Shown in pieces: positions 34,533 to 45,884 of a stretch of DNA of 64,000 bases. The translations under genes and the position numbers were made by a program. Source of the stretch: Macrostomum hystrix (lineage: Eukaryota; Animalia; Platyhelminthes); contig CATNEN010000029.1 of assembly GCA_950097015.1 (NCBI GenBank), forward strand, positions 2,046,001-2,110,000, given 5' to 3'. A model generated the notes under the pieces. That model was not told where the DNA came from. It saw only the letters and a program-made list of their open reading frames with translations, and made no database searches. Each line of letters opens with the position of its first letter. Position 1 is the stretch's first letter.

Positions 34533-35095
34533 TATAGTAAATTATAATTGTCTGAGCAGGGCAGAGTAGAGTAAATTGAAGTACAAACGGAATGAAATAA
34601 GCACACATTCATTGAAATGAGCAAATACATAACAGAGCTGCATTTAGAACAAAAAAAATGGTGATGAAATTGAATGCAAAATGATGGCCAAAATAATGTC
34701 ATTCCTGATTATGGGATCGTGGCTAACCTAGCACGGATCAGCTATGAAGAAGCGCGCCTATACGCTCGTATTGTGGCCAATTGACTTTTGAAGTGTTTCC
34801 TGTTTTTGGACCATTTCTTCTTATTGACTTTTTATATATAATTAACATGCAAGTTTCACTATTAATGCCTGAATTCTAAGTAAGAAATTCCTGAATACTC
34901 TAGGGTCGCCTTGCATTACATTTAATGGTGGTATTTTCACTGCTGGCAAACATTGTTGGTTTTTATGCTCGCAAAAGTAGATTATCATCAGCCAAATCCT
35001 GATACCTGCCTTCCACCTCACTGGCCTGCTCATGGCTCACTCCTTCCGCTACTCCGCCGCTTTCCCGGCTCTTCCGGCTCCCCATTCGTTGACAA

Positions 35096-35500
35096 TGTGT
35101 CAGTGGACAGGTAAAAATGTGTCTGTAGACAGTTGAAAATGTGTCAATGGATAATTGATACTGTGTCAGTGGACAGACATACCATCAGTTGATAATTTGT
35201 CAGTGGACAGACATACCATCAGTTGATAATTTGTCAGTGGACAGACATACCATCAGTTGATAATTTGTCAGTGGACAGACATACCATCAGTTGAAAATGT
35301 GTCAGTGGACAGATATACCATCATTTGATAATTTGTCAGTGGACAGACATACCATCAGTTGATAATTTGTCAGTGGACAGACATACCATCAGTTGAAAAT
35401 GTGTCAGTGGACAGACATACCATCAGTTGAAAATGTGTCAGTGGACAGTTAATGATGTATCAGTGGACAGACAATCCATCAGTCGATAACCTGTCCGTGG
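35096..35500. repeat. 34-bp minisatellite (GTCAGTGGACAGACATACCATCAGTTGATAATTT)n
   Basis: Period 34 (GTCAGTGG at 35165 and 35199); degenerate units resume after the SINE at 35502-35861. Confidence 0.9.
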
Positions 35501-35501
35501 A

Positions 35502-35861
35502 GGGGTCGGTGGCAGAGCGGTTAACGCGTTTTCCTCTCGCACCAAGGTCCCTAAGTTCGATTCCACGGTGAGGCCACATTTATTTGGGGCGCAGCCGCGG
35601 AGAGAAGGCTTGGGGGCTTGTCGTGCAATTTAAGCCCCTGAGGGCCAACCTCCAAGGCACAGTGAAGTGTACACTGCCTGAAGATGAAAAATTCAGGGCA
35701 GATGTACACAACTGTGCCTGCGTACAGTATCTGTGTGCGTGTGTGCTCAGGAGTCAGCGAAATGGGCAGAATTGCCTCCTCGCTGGCTGCGGGTCTAGTG
35801 TCACTAAATGATGTGCAATTGCCCGCAGCCCTCCTGCAATTATTATTATTATTATTGTTAT
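35502..35861 (+). mobile_element. Full-length tRNA-derived SINE (family 2) with (ATT)n tail
   Basis: GGGGTCGGTGGCAGAGCGGTTAA (A box) ... AAGTTCGATTCC (B box); 3' stem GGCTGCGGG/CCCGCAGCC; (ATT)n tail. It is flanked by TAACCTGTCCGTGGA (35487-35501) and TAACCTGTCAGTGGA (35862-35876). Three further copies occur in the window. Confidence 0.88.
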
Positions 35862-36550
35862 TAACCTGTCAGTGGATAGACATAACATTAGATAACTTGT
35901 CCTTACACAAATTTTCTATTATCATGCAACCTGTCGGATGACATGTCAAGTTGTCATTTGTCATTGTGTTTGTTCTAGTCAACTTGTCATTAGACAACCT
36001 TGCCAGTGCACAGACTAACTGACAGTGGGCTGACACTCAGTAGATCAAGCCGATTGTTTTAGATACTTAAAACTCCGGGTTAAAAGTTAGTTTTAAAATG
36101 CCATCATATTTAAAAAAATTATTTATGCTACTTGCATTTGAAAGTAAGTAGCGTGTTGCAACTATTTCATATTTTTATAACGAACTCAATCATGAAAACT
36201 AGAAGTCTAAAACTGATTTCTTAGAAAAGCATCGTAATAACAGAAAACATAGCTAGAGAAGGATCAAGACCATGCAATGTCCTAAAAAGCAGACAGATAA
36301 TATCTCTATTTGTATGGCTCTTCGAAAATTTAGTGTGAGAAACTTTTTCAAGGATTGCGCTTCAACATATTTAAACCCAGAAAAACTTTCACTTAATTCT
36401 ATTTTTATAATCTTATCGGCGTCAAATGAAATTTTCTCCTTCTCTTCTTTTCGCCTGAAATTTCACAGATGCAACTAACAAAAAAAGCTGCAAAAGAATT
36501 TACCGGAAAACTTAAAACTTGGGTTTCTTTAACGAGTGCAGAGAAAACTG

Positions 36551-37620
36551 GTGTGTCCCCTGAGTGTCTCCTGTCCACTGGGTACTTCCTAAGTGTGTCC
36601 CCTGTCCTCACGGTGTGTCTCCTACCTTCTGGCTGTCTCCCGTGTCCTCTTGATGTGTCCCGTGTCGTCTGGCTGAGTCCTGTGTCCTCACGCTGTGTTT
36701 CCTGCCCTCTGGATGTATCTCCTGTCCTCTGACTGTGTCCCGTGTCGTCTGGCTGTGTCCCGTGTCCTCTGGATGTGTCTCCTTCCTCTGGCTGTGTCCC
36801 CTGTCCACTGGATGTGTCTTCTGTCCTCTGGATGTGTCTCCTGTCCTCTGGATGTGTCTCCTGTCCTCTGGCTGTGTCCCCTGTCCTCTGGCTGTGTCCC
36901 CTGTCCTCTGGCCGTGTCTTCTGTCCTCTGGCTGTGTCTCCTGTCCTCTGGCTGTGTCCCGTGTCGTCTGGCTGTGTCCCGTGTCGTCTGGCGGTGTCTC
37001 CTTCCTCTGGCTGTGTCCCCTGTCCACTGGATGTGTCTCCTGTCCTCTGGCTGTGTCCCCTGTCCTCTGGATGTGTCTCCTGTCCTCTGGCTGTGTCCCG
37101 TGTCCTCTGGATGTGTCTCCTGTCCTCTGGCTGTGTCTCCTGCCCTCTGGATGTATCTCCTGTCCTCTGGCTGTGTCCCGTGTCGTCTGGCCGTGTCCCG
37201 TGTCGTCTGGATGTGTCCCGTGTCGTCTGGCTGTGTCCCGTGTCCTCTGGATGTGTCTCCTGTCCTCTGGATGTGTCCCCTGTCCTCTGGCTGTGTCTCC
37301 TGTCCTCTGGCTGTGTCCCGTGTCGTCTGGCTGTGTCCCGTGTCGTCTGGCGGTGTCTCCTTCCTCTGGCTGTGTCCCCTGTCCACTGGATGTGTCTCCT
37401 GTCCTCTGGCTGTGTCCCCTGTCCTCTGGATGTGTCTCCTGTCCTCTGGCTGTGTCCCCTGTCCTCTGGATGTATCTCCTGTCCTCTGGCTGTGTCCCGT
37501 GTCCTCTGGATGTGTCTCCTGTCCTCTGGCTGTGTCCCGTGTCGTCTGGCTGTGTCCCGTGTCCTCTGGATGTGTCCCCTGTCCTCTGGATGTGTCTCCT
37601 GTCCTCTGGCTGTGTCCCCA
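36551..37620. repeat. 20-bp minisatellite (TGTGTCCC[C/G]TGTCCTCTGG[A/C])n
   Basis: Read directly; it explains the ORFs at 36405-37685. Confidence 0.95.
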
Positions 37621-38920
37621 GTCCTATTGAAGAGGGGAGTTCTCACTATTTGCTTCTAGTGAATATTCCCCGTCCTCTAAAATAGTATCCATTCTCTAGA
37701 TGAGTGCTTATTCTCAAATAGAATCCCATCCACTTGATAAGGGTTTCATTTATCCGAATGTCACTTTTTATGCTTCTCTTATTCTTAGAAGAAACGGATT
37801 GTTGCCCACCAAGCGGTCGAGAGTTCGATTCTCAGTCCAATCGAAGGTGCTTGTATCATAGAGCATGTCCCTTAATTCCCTGGCAGATTCATTTCAACGA
37901 CCTGTGAACTGAGTACCTGCCTCCCCAGTCAATGGACTGAACAATTGTACCTAAACTTAAGAAGGATGCTTATCTGGCTTAACTTACCATCTGCTATCTA
38001 GAGAATGCTAAAATATGCCCACTTGTCAATAAACAAGCATAAATTAGTTTTGAGAATGGCATAAAAACTCTCGGTTGTTTGTTGATATATTTGTTTTAAA
38101 TAAGAAGCAAACTGCTATAGAGTAATCAAAATTAAATGATATTTTCCCGCTTAAGAATCAACGAATATTTTATGGGGATAGTTATTAAAAGTTTAATAAA
38201 ATATTAAAATGTTATTTAGAAAACGAGTCAAAAACTGCGGTAGGCAAGAATGCGAAATCTGTTGACATTGCCACCATATTTTAATAAAAATTAAGACCCG
38301 ATATTGAATCAAAATCCGCTGTTCTCAGCTTGAATCAGTAAAATGAATACACAAGGGCCGAAGCGACTTTAGCAACCAAGAAAAGAAAAATGAAGTTATT
38401 TCGAGCAGTTCAGTAAATAAAAAGCTTTGGCGAATGCACGAAAGTCTAATAGTAAAAACTTGGCCAATTTAAGACGAATATTCGAAAACACAAAAAACAC
38501 TTGCTGACCGTTGCAGCTTCGAATCAGAACAAATCCGTATGGAAATTAGTGCTAATTAGTGCTTCGGCCAAAGAAAAAATTGCAAGCAAAAATATTATTG
38601 GGGGGACATTGGGCTGGGAGCGCAAGACTAACACCGAGAATAAGTGGGTCGGGGGAAAGGCGGCAAAGTAAACTAAAAACAGTTCAAATCTTTTTTTGCA
38701 TGTTTTTGTAGATTTTTGTCTTTTTTTGATAAAATGTCGAATGAAACGCGTCTAAACAAAAAGTGTCATACAGTAAACTAAGAGAACAAAAAACAAACAA
38801 GGCTTTCCGAGCAGGAAACTACTATTTTCCTCTTCAATAACGACAGCTCGAAAAAAGGTGATCGGAAGGCAGGTCATTGCACAGGAGTGTTACCGGACAG
38901 TCAAGTCAAGCCAGTGCCGC

Positions 38921-41074
38921 TCACTTCTTGTCCGGCAGGTTGGTCTTGAAGGTGCGCCGTAGCGGCTTGTGCGAGTAGAGCGGGTCCGAACTGTTGCCGT
39001 GCCACAGGTTCCAGCAGCTCGGGCAGAAGTAGCGAAAGCATTCAAAAGCGCGGCAGAAGTAGATGCCCGGTGACACGAAACAGTGATTGCACATGCTGTC
39101 CTCCAGGTAGGGGTCAATTTGGATCTGGAGAGGTGCAGGGGAAACGCAGGGCAATAGAAATTGCAACAAACCAAAGGCTGTCTACAGCTGTCCAGTCGGT
39201 GGACTAGGCAAGGACCACTAGGACTAGTAGGATAGAAAACTACGTTTCTTGGAGAAAAATTAGGAGGCTTCAAGCGAAAATGTGGTTTGAAGCGAATGTG
39301 GTTTCAAGCGAAAAAAATACATTACGGTGATAGGATAATTTTTAATTTTTCTGCACAAATTTAGAGGCAAAATCAGAAGCTCATCTTATGATAATTAATT
39401 TCCTTATTTGTAGTCCTCATTGTGTCCCCAGAGTGTGTCTCCTACCTTCTGGCTGTGTCCTGTGTCTTCTGGCTGTATCCCGTGTCGTCTGGATGTGTTT
39501 CATGCCCCCTGGATATATCGCTTGATAATTCATTTCCTTATTGATAGTTTTATCTATTTCTGTCGAGTTTTGGGTTAGAAAACATCAAATTCACTTTAGT
39601 TTTTTCCTCTTCTATTCATACTTTTCGATGTGCATAAAACTTTGAGTTATAATTGTATACTTAGACCCTACTTCAATCTGAGAAGGGGACACCTTTCTAT
39701 CTCCGTAGAGTTACTGTTTCTAAGAAACGTAGTTTTTGTCCTTCCACTCCTGCAGTATAAGGGATGGACAGATAGCGATCCGCAAAGCACTAGATGAATC
39801 ATGGAACCAGTTAAAAGAGCGAAGCGCCTTACCGTCTTGGTGAACTTGGTGGTGCGCACCTCCACGAAGTTGGCCTGCACGGCCTTCATGTAGGAGCGCT
39901 GGCTGGTGAAGGCCACCCGGCCGGAGCCGATGGGGTACTTGTACTTGTCTGTGTCCAGCGCAGCGAACGCCACGTTGCCGAACAGGTCGTTCATGATGGT
40001 GGCGAGCGCCTCGGCCGTGATCATGCCGTGCAGGGCGCCAATGAACACAGTGCGCTTGGCGTCCAGTCTGTGCGAGCCCTGCTTGGTGAACTGCGAGTCG
40101 TTGATGCACCAGGGAATCACCTGCACCTCCTTGGCCTTCATCTTGCTGCTGCTGATCTTAAAATAGTATTCGCCGATGTTGGTGGCGTCCCGGGTGCACT
40201 GCTTGAGAAGGTTGCGCACGGCCAGCTCTTGATCGAAGATGAGGTAGCAGTAGCCCCTTGGCGAGGACCTGATCTGGACGTTTGTGGCCTCGCGAGCCGG
40301 CCAGAGCACCTGGAGTGTGCCGAAGCGCAGGAAGGCCTGCTGCAGGTCCAGGTCACTGACGTCCCAGGGTACGCCTCCAAGGAAGACCTTGCGCGAGAAG
40401 ATGGCGTTCTTGTAGATGCGCACGGGCAGCTTGCCGGACCAGTGGTGATTGGCGTCGCAGATGGAGGCGGAGTTCCGGTAGAAGCTGGCCGCCTTCTCGA
40501 TCTCGTCGTCGCTGTTGGTCATCAGGTTGCGGTAGAGCGCCGCCATGGAGCTCACCTCGTCGTGGTAGTTGTTGGACTGGCCGCCCAATCCACCGCCACG
40601 AGCGCCAGATGCAGCCGCCGCTGCCAGGGCGAGCGAGGAGCTGACATCCATCTGCTGGTCCGCGGAGGTCACAGCTCGGAGCGACTGGTTGGCCGCGGCG
40701 GCTGCGGCGGCAGCAGCGGCTGCAGCGGCAGCAGCCGAAGGCGCTCCACTGGAGCCCGGAGCACCGGGTGGCTGCACACCTCCGCTGCCTCCTCCGGGAA
40801 GCAGATAGGAGTACTGGCTGCTCTGATTAAATAGCTTCAGAAGCTCCGCGCCGTAGGCCATCTGGGCCTCGTGTTGTCGCTTGATCTCTTCAAACCAAAA
40901 TGCCCGAAGAAGCTCCTGATTGACGCCTGTAGCTGCGGCCGCCCCTGGTGCCATCATCGGCGGCTGCTGCTGGTGCTGGCTGTACATGCCGACTGCCGGG
41001 TTGGCCAGCAGCTGGGCCAGTGCCGCCTGACTCTGCATCTGAGCCTTCTGTGCCTCGGTCAGTCCGCTAGCAGA

Positions 41075-41122
<48 letters not shown>

Positions 41123-41533
41123 GTGCTGCTGCTGCTGCTGCGAATGATGAGGAGACTGGTGCGACTGCTGGTGATGTTGCTGGGCGCTGTCAGCCTGGCT
41201 CACCGCTGCCTTCTGCTGCTGGCTATTTTCGCCGCCAAAGATCGAGTCAGATAGGTCAGTGCCGCTAGAGATGCCGCTGGAGTCCATTGGCTCCGAGCCC
41301 ATAGACGTATTGCCGCTCTTGCGCCCGCTGTGCTGCGAGCTGCGAATGGCGCGGAACCCAGCCGCCTCCAGATTGGTCTTGGGCGTCTGCATGGCCGAGG
41401 ACACCGAGGGTGAGTTAACCGCGCCCAGGTTCATGTTCTCATTGGTTGGCGTCGGCGTGAGACCCGTGCCCAGGCTCTGGATGCCGAACAGGGACTGCAG
41501 CGGGTTCGGGCTGGCATAGTGGTCGTGATGCAT
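38921..41533 (-). CDS. CPEB1: Cytoplasmic polyadenylation element-binding protein, CPEB1/Orb class, 634 aa; complement(join(38921..39124,39833..41533))
   Basis: RRM1 FSRKVFLGGVPWD (CPEB1-type, versus GGLPPD in CPEB2-4); RRM2 RTVFIGALHGM...ALDTDKYKYPIGSGRVAF; ZZ domain IQIDPYLEDSMCNHC....GIYFCRAFECFRYFCPSCWNLWH....LYSHKPL. A single phase-0 GT-AG intron separates the exons. Confidence 0.96.
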
Positions 41534-44500
41534 GGACCAGATGCTATTGTTGTTTATGTCGGAGCCTGCGCAAATTGCGTAGGGGGGAGGGGCGAGTTGG
41601 GTAGATGGTCGCGAAAAAAAACTTTGCTGCCGTCAGGATGGGAACCCGAGGGGCGTCTCTGTGAAGTTTCTAGCCTAAAATTTGGATAAAACGCATGAAA
41701 CTGACTGGATGGTTGATTTATCCTGGCAAAAAGGCACACAAAGTTCGCGCATACTTTCAAATTTCAGCGTCCCAGAGTCGGCCGTGGAGTCGCCAAGAGT
41801 GTGATCCAGAATCATGGAGTGAATTAGGCTGTTCAGTCCGCTATTATCTTTGCCTCTCTGCGGAACAAGTGGAGACAGACGGGAGAGCTGCTTTATTTCC
41901 TTCCGTTTCGTTTTTTTATTTTATAATAAAATGGCCAGCTTACTTACTAAACTGTTGCAAGATTTTGGATCGATAAATTATATTGCACTAAACGTTATAT
42001 ATAGTTAGGTTAGATCTATAATAATATAGCTCGCAATTAATAAGCCCCACTATGATCGAAGCGAATGAAAATAATTTTTCTTAACTTTTCTATTTCTACT
42101 GATTACTATCTAGAACAAAGGTACACTTTTTATTTAAGCATATAATGAAGTCATTTTCAAACATAAGATAGCATTGGTAATGCATACTTACATGCTGATC
42201 CATATCTAGCTCAATGCCTTGTCTGAGCAGAGCTTTCTTGTTTGATATCGCGGTAATTTAATTTAGAAAGTAGGCCTCTCTTATTACGAGCTGATCGCCT
42301 ATTATCCAACCTTCGAAAAGCCAGTCAGGCTCACGCACGGTCAGTTGATGCCGCTATTTATATGGCAAGGGTAAAGCTGAGTGGGCACTTTAAACCCACA
42401 CTCCTACAAAACATCCAGACAGAACGGGGGCGGCGTCCTTTGAAGGCCAGAGTGTGAGGGCAACGCTCCGCTCCAAACCCCCTAGAAGTTCGCACCTTGG
42501 CTCAAGCCAGTGACGCACACAACCTTAGCATAGCCGACACCCACCTCACGCTGCCCCCCTATCAAGGCTAAAATGTGGGGCCCAGACTAAAGCTTGTACA
42601 GATGTTGACTCTGTACAATCTGGGGGCGGGGTGTGGGGTTAAAAATCGATAAAATAATACTCTGCTTTTTACTCGGTCGCTACATTTCGTCTCCGAAGTG
42701 AAACCAATCACGACAGCTGCATAGGCTGCGTTGCATCATTTTGCTAAGCTTCTCTGCCTGCAGTCAGTCAAATTAAGCCGAAGTGGTAATACACGATGCG
42801 CATTCAGTTTTTATCGCGACTATAACGCAATTAGGTTCACCAAATATGATTACTTACATTTACAATAATAAGAAGTGTAAGTCAGTGTCACGGTATCTTT
42901 TATTTGGAGGGGGAGAGGTGACTAAAGTTCTTGTCAAGTGCGCAGCTCTTATGAATTATTTAATTGTAAAATTTTTGTTTAGCAGTTTAGAGGCGCGTTT
43001 CATTCTCATGCTACACACAGGGCATGGAGCCTATGGTGCGGAAAAGTCGTGCGAATCGTTCTTTTTTCTTGGCTTGCATTAAGAAGCAATATTACAGCAG
43101 TTTTCATTTCATTTTCATGTCATGATGTCTTGAACTCATAATGGGAGAAACGTACACTGCAGGCTTCGAATTCTTCCATATTAGCGACAGCAATAATATA
43201 TAGCAGCTTTCTTATAATGTTTTCATAAGAAGTAGTACATGCGATTGCGTATACGGCTGGGAAACAAAGTTCACTAAATATTTAACGAAAATTAACTTTT
43301 AAAGTATGTTATGGGATCATGCATATACACACTTTAGTTTCAGTACATGTCCTGATTAAGTGTATAATGTCCGAATCTCCGGCAAAAAAATCTTCAACCA
43401 GACCAGTTGCGGCTTGTGTAGATTTTCATGCGTTCGATCACAACTCTCGGTGAAAGTACACTATAAAACACATATTTGTGATTGTGATGTGGTCAAAAAG
43501 TAAAGCTTAGATGGAGACCATGAATGCCCCAGCTTCTAGTTAATTTGACGTCATTAATCTGACAACCCTTTTCTGGGCGACCCAGAAAAGAAGACCTGGG
43601 AGGCCAAAATCTGTGCCAAATGGCTGGAGAAATCATCTCCAAAGGCCTAAAGCAGTTAACAACTTTAAACGTCAGTGACAGTAAATTAGTACCACAGTTC
43701 TTTTTCCCAAGAAGTCGATCTCGACATTAAACACTAATTACACTATAGCTTGATCACCATCACAGTAGACCTGTGCAGTCGGCTAAAGTAGTAAATAGGC
43801 TTTAAAATCAAGGTTTTTAACTTAACGCACAAAGTATTCCTGAACTCAAACTAAGAAGTCCGGAAACTTCTTAGAAAAAAACATAAACAATTTTTTTTCA
43901 GAGTTACATAGATGGATTATACCAGCATCAACTATGTTAAACTTAAAAAAATAACTATGCATAACTACATCATGATGTCTAAAGCAAATTTCAAATTAAA
44001 TGCAATTCAAACCCATCTCGACTTCTTGGAATCTGATTGGATCATTGGAGCGTTCCCAGGGAGCCAGGCCTGGCGTGGTGTAATTTTATTGATAAACTTA
44101 GATTATATGAAACTAAGTTCGGTAAAACTTTAAGAAAGCAAACGTAGACATATTTTATATAGTTTGTACAGAATTTAATTTTGAGACTTCATTGTAAGCA
44201 TTTCTTTTATTTAGATAATATTTGCGAATATATACAAAAATCGAAGAATTAGATACAAAGATTGTATGTTTAATAACATACTTAGCCAGTTGGACTAAGT
44301 TGGACTGGGCTAGTTATACAATAAGTTTCACGGCGATAGCCGTGTAGGAGCAGGACAGCTATACACGAAGACTGCCACACCAAGACGGGTGGGGAGGGTG
44401 AATAGGAATGGCTGATGAACCCGACTAATGGTCTACTATTGCCTTATCGAGTAGTGTGGGGTTGGCAGGGTACTAGGTCCAGTTGTCTAGGACATTTTAC

Positions 44501-45884
44501 AGCTGGCAAGTTATTTAATTTCAAATTAAAATTCCATTTTGTTTTGATTTTAAACAATCCCCTGTTTTTTCCTGAAAAGCAAAGCAAAACCTATCCAATC
44601 CAGCCAATTAGAAAGGAAGAAATGTGGTAATATCCTATTATCCTTGGAGCCAGTTTGAGCTCCATAGGCCTATGTGACCATCATGTATGTGGAGTCTTGG
44701 TCATGTCATGTGCCACCAGCCCACCATAGCTAGCTATGGGCCTTTGTCTATGGTCATTCCAAAGGTTATTATGTATAGCTGTTCATATTAAAAATGGAGG
44801 TTAAGTGTTTTGCTAGTGCCAGATCTATTCAAATATAACAATTAGTATAGGCTTAATAACTAAAAATAGAAGTTGTCTTTGTCACTAATTAGGCCTAAAC
44901 ATTCAAAATATTATAAACTTGTTTTGTTTCTTATACTATGATAAGGGTATTGCTCAAATGGATTATCTTATCCTGTTTTACTGTTTTATTGTTTGTTTAT
45001 ATGCATTCAAGGTTTTTCTTGTGTAAATTGTGTGCAACTTGCACCCTAAAATCCTAATTTGCACCTAACTTTTGGGAATTAGATGCAAATCTTGCACCTG
45101 TTCTTTCTGAGGTGAGATGCAAAAGCAATTTTCAAATTTTAATCAATAAATATATATTATAAATTGCACTTATGGAATGTGAATAATCTTTTTTTTGTTT
45201 TAGATCTTATTTTGGGTATATATCATATATATGCAATCTGCACACAGACTTTTTAATTTGTAGCTAGATTTTGGGCTTAAGATACAAGCTTGCATCAGCT
45301 TTTTGATGAAAAATCTTGTGTTTCAGTATAGCTAGCTAAGTATACTTTTATAGGCTACATGTGTAATAAAAAGAAGAAATTCAATTTAATCATTTTTCCT
45401 TGGTAGGCAAACGTTTATTATATATTAGCTAAGCTAATACTAATTTATTGTTATTGCTTTTTGTCTTTTGGGTTTTTTGTCAATATAATATGGTAAAAAT
45501 ATCTATTATTTCTATATGGGGGTCCTGAACTTCAGTCTAGCTTATTAATTTTATATATGGCTGATAACTTAATCCTTCTATGGCTAAAAATAAAAGAAAA
45601 GCTGTTTAGCTAAGCATATATGACTTTTATCTAATAATCTCTATAACCTATACCCAATTTAAAGATTAGCTAGTCCACTATTCAAAAGAAGTAAGAAGCA
45701 AAAGGTTTGCTGGCAAAGGAGTAAGATAATTTAACAAACTTTCATTGACAATGCATGGTGCAACCAGACATTATGCAGACTTTATAGGATGAGTCTGTAT
45801 CATTGGCTATTTCAGTGGTTTCGGCAGAAAGCAATTCACCAGCGTGTTAAAGAAGAGTTCAACAGCAGTTGCAGTGCAGCCAAC

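Noticed and set aside
33887-34702. VEWSG / STPLH ORFs
   Set aside because: These are translations of (GGAGT)n.
34960-35090. Short GC-rich minus-strand ORF MGSRKSRESGGVAEGVSHEQASEVEGR with a possible donor
   Set aside because: It is about 40 codons long, and I could not find a downstream exon that keeps the frame open.
36405-37685. Long Cys-rich or Arg/Thr-rich ORFs on both strands
   Set aside because: These are translations of the 20-bp minisatellite.
37800-37930. B-box-like GAGTTCGATTC, suggesting a third SINE family
   Set aside because: There is no clear A box, tail or second copy in the window.
40028-41519. Plus-strand ORFs (268, 127 and 86 aa) opposite CPEB; similar shadow ORFs opposite TAO, SAM50 and polycystin exons
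   Set aside because: These are antisense shadows expected from GC-rich coding sequence, with no recognisable motifs.
43568-43590. Perfect 10-bp hairpin CTTTTCTGGG-CGA-CCCAGAAAAG overlapping a GRPRK AT-hook-like frame; another 9-bp hairpin at ~43851-43874
   Set aside because: The hairpins are short and isolated, and the frame has an upstream stop; chance or an unidentifiable transposon remnant is sufficient.
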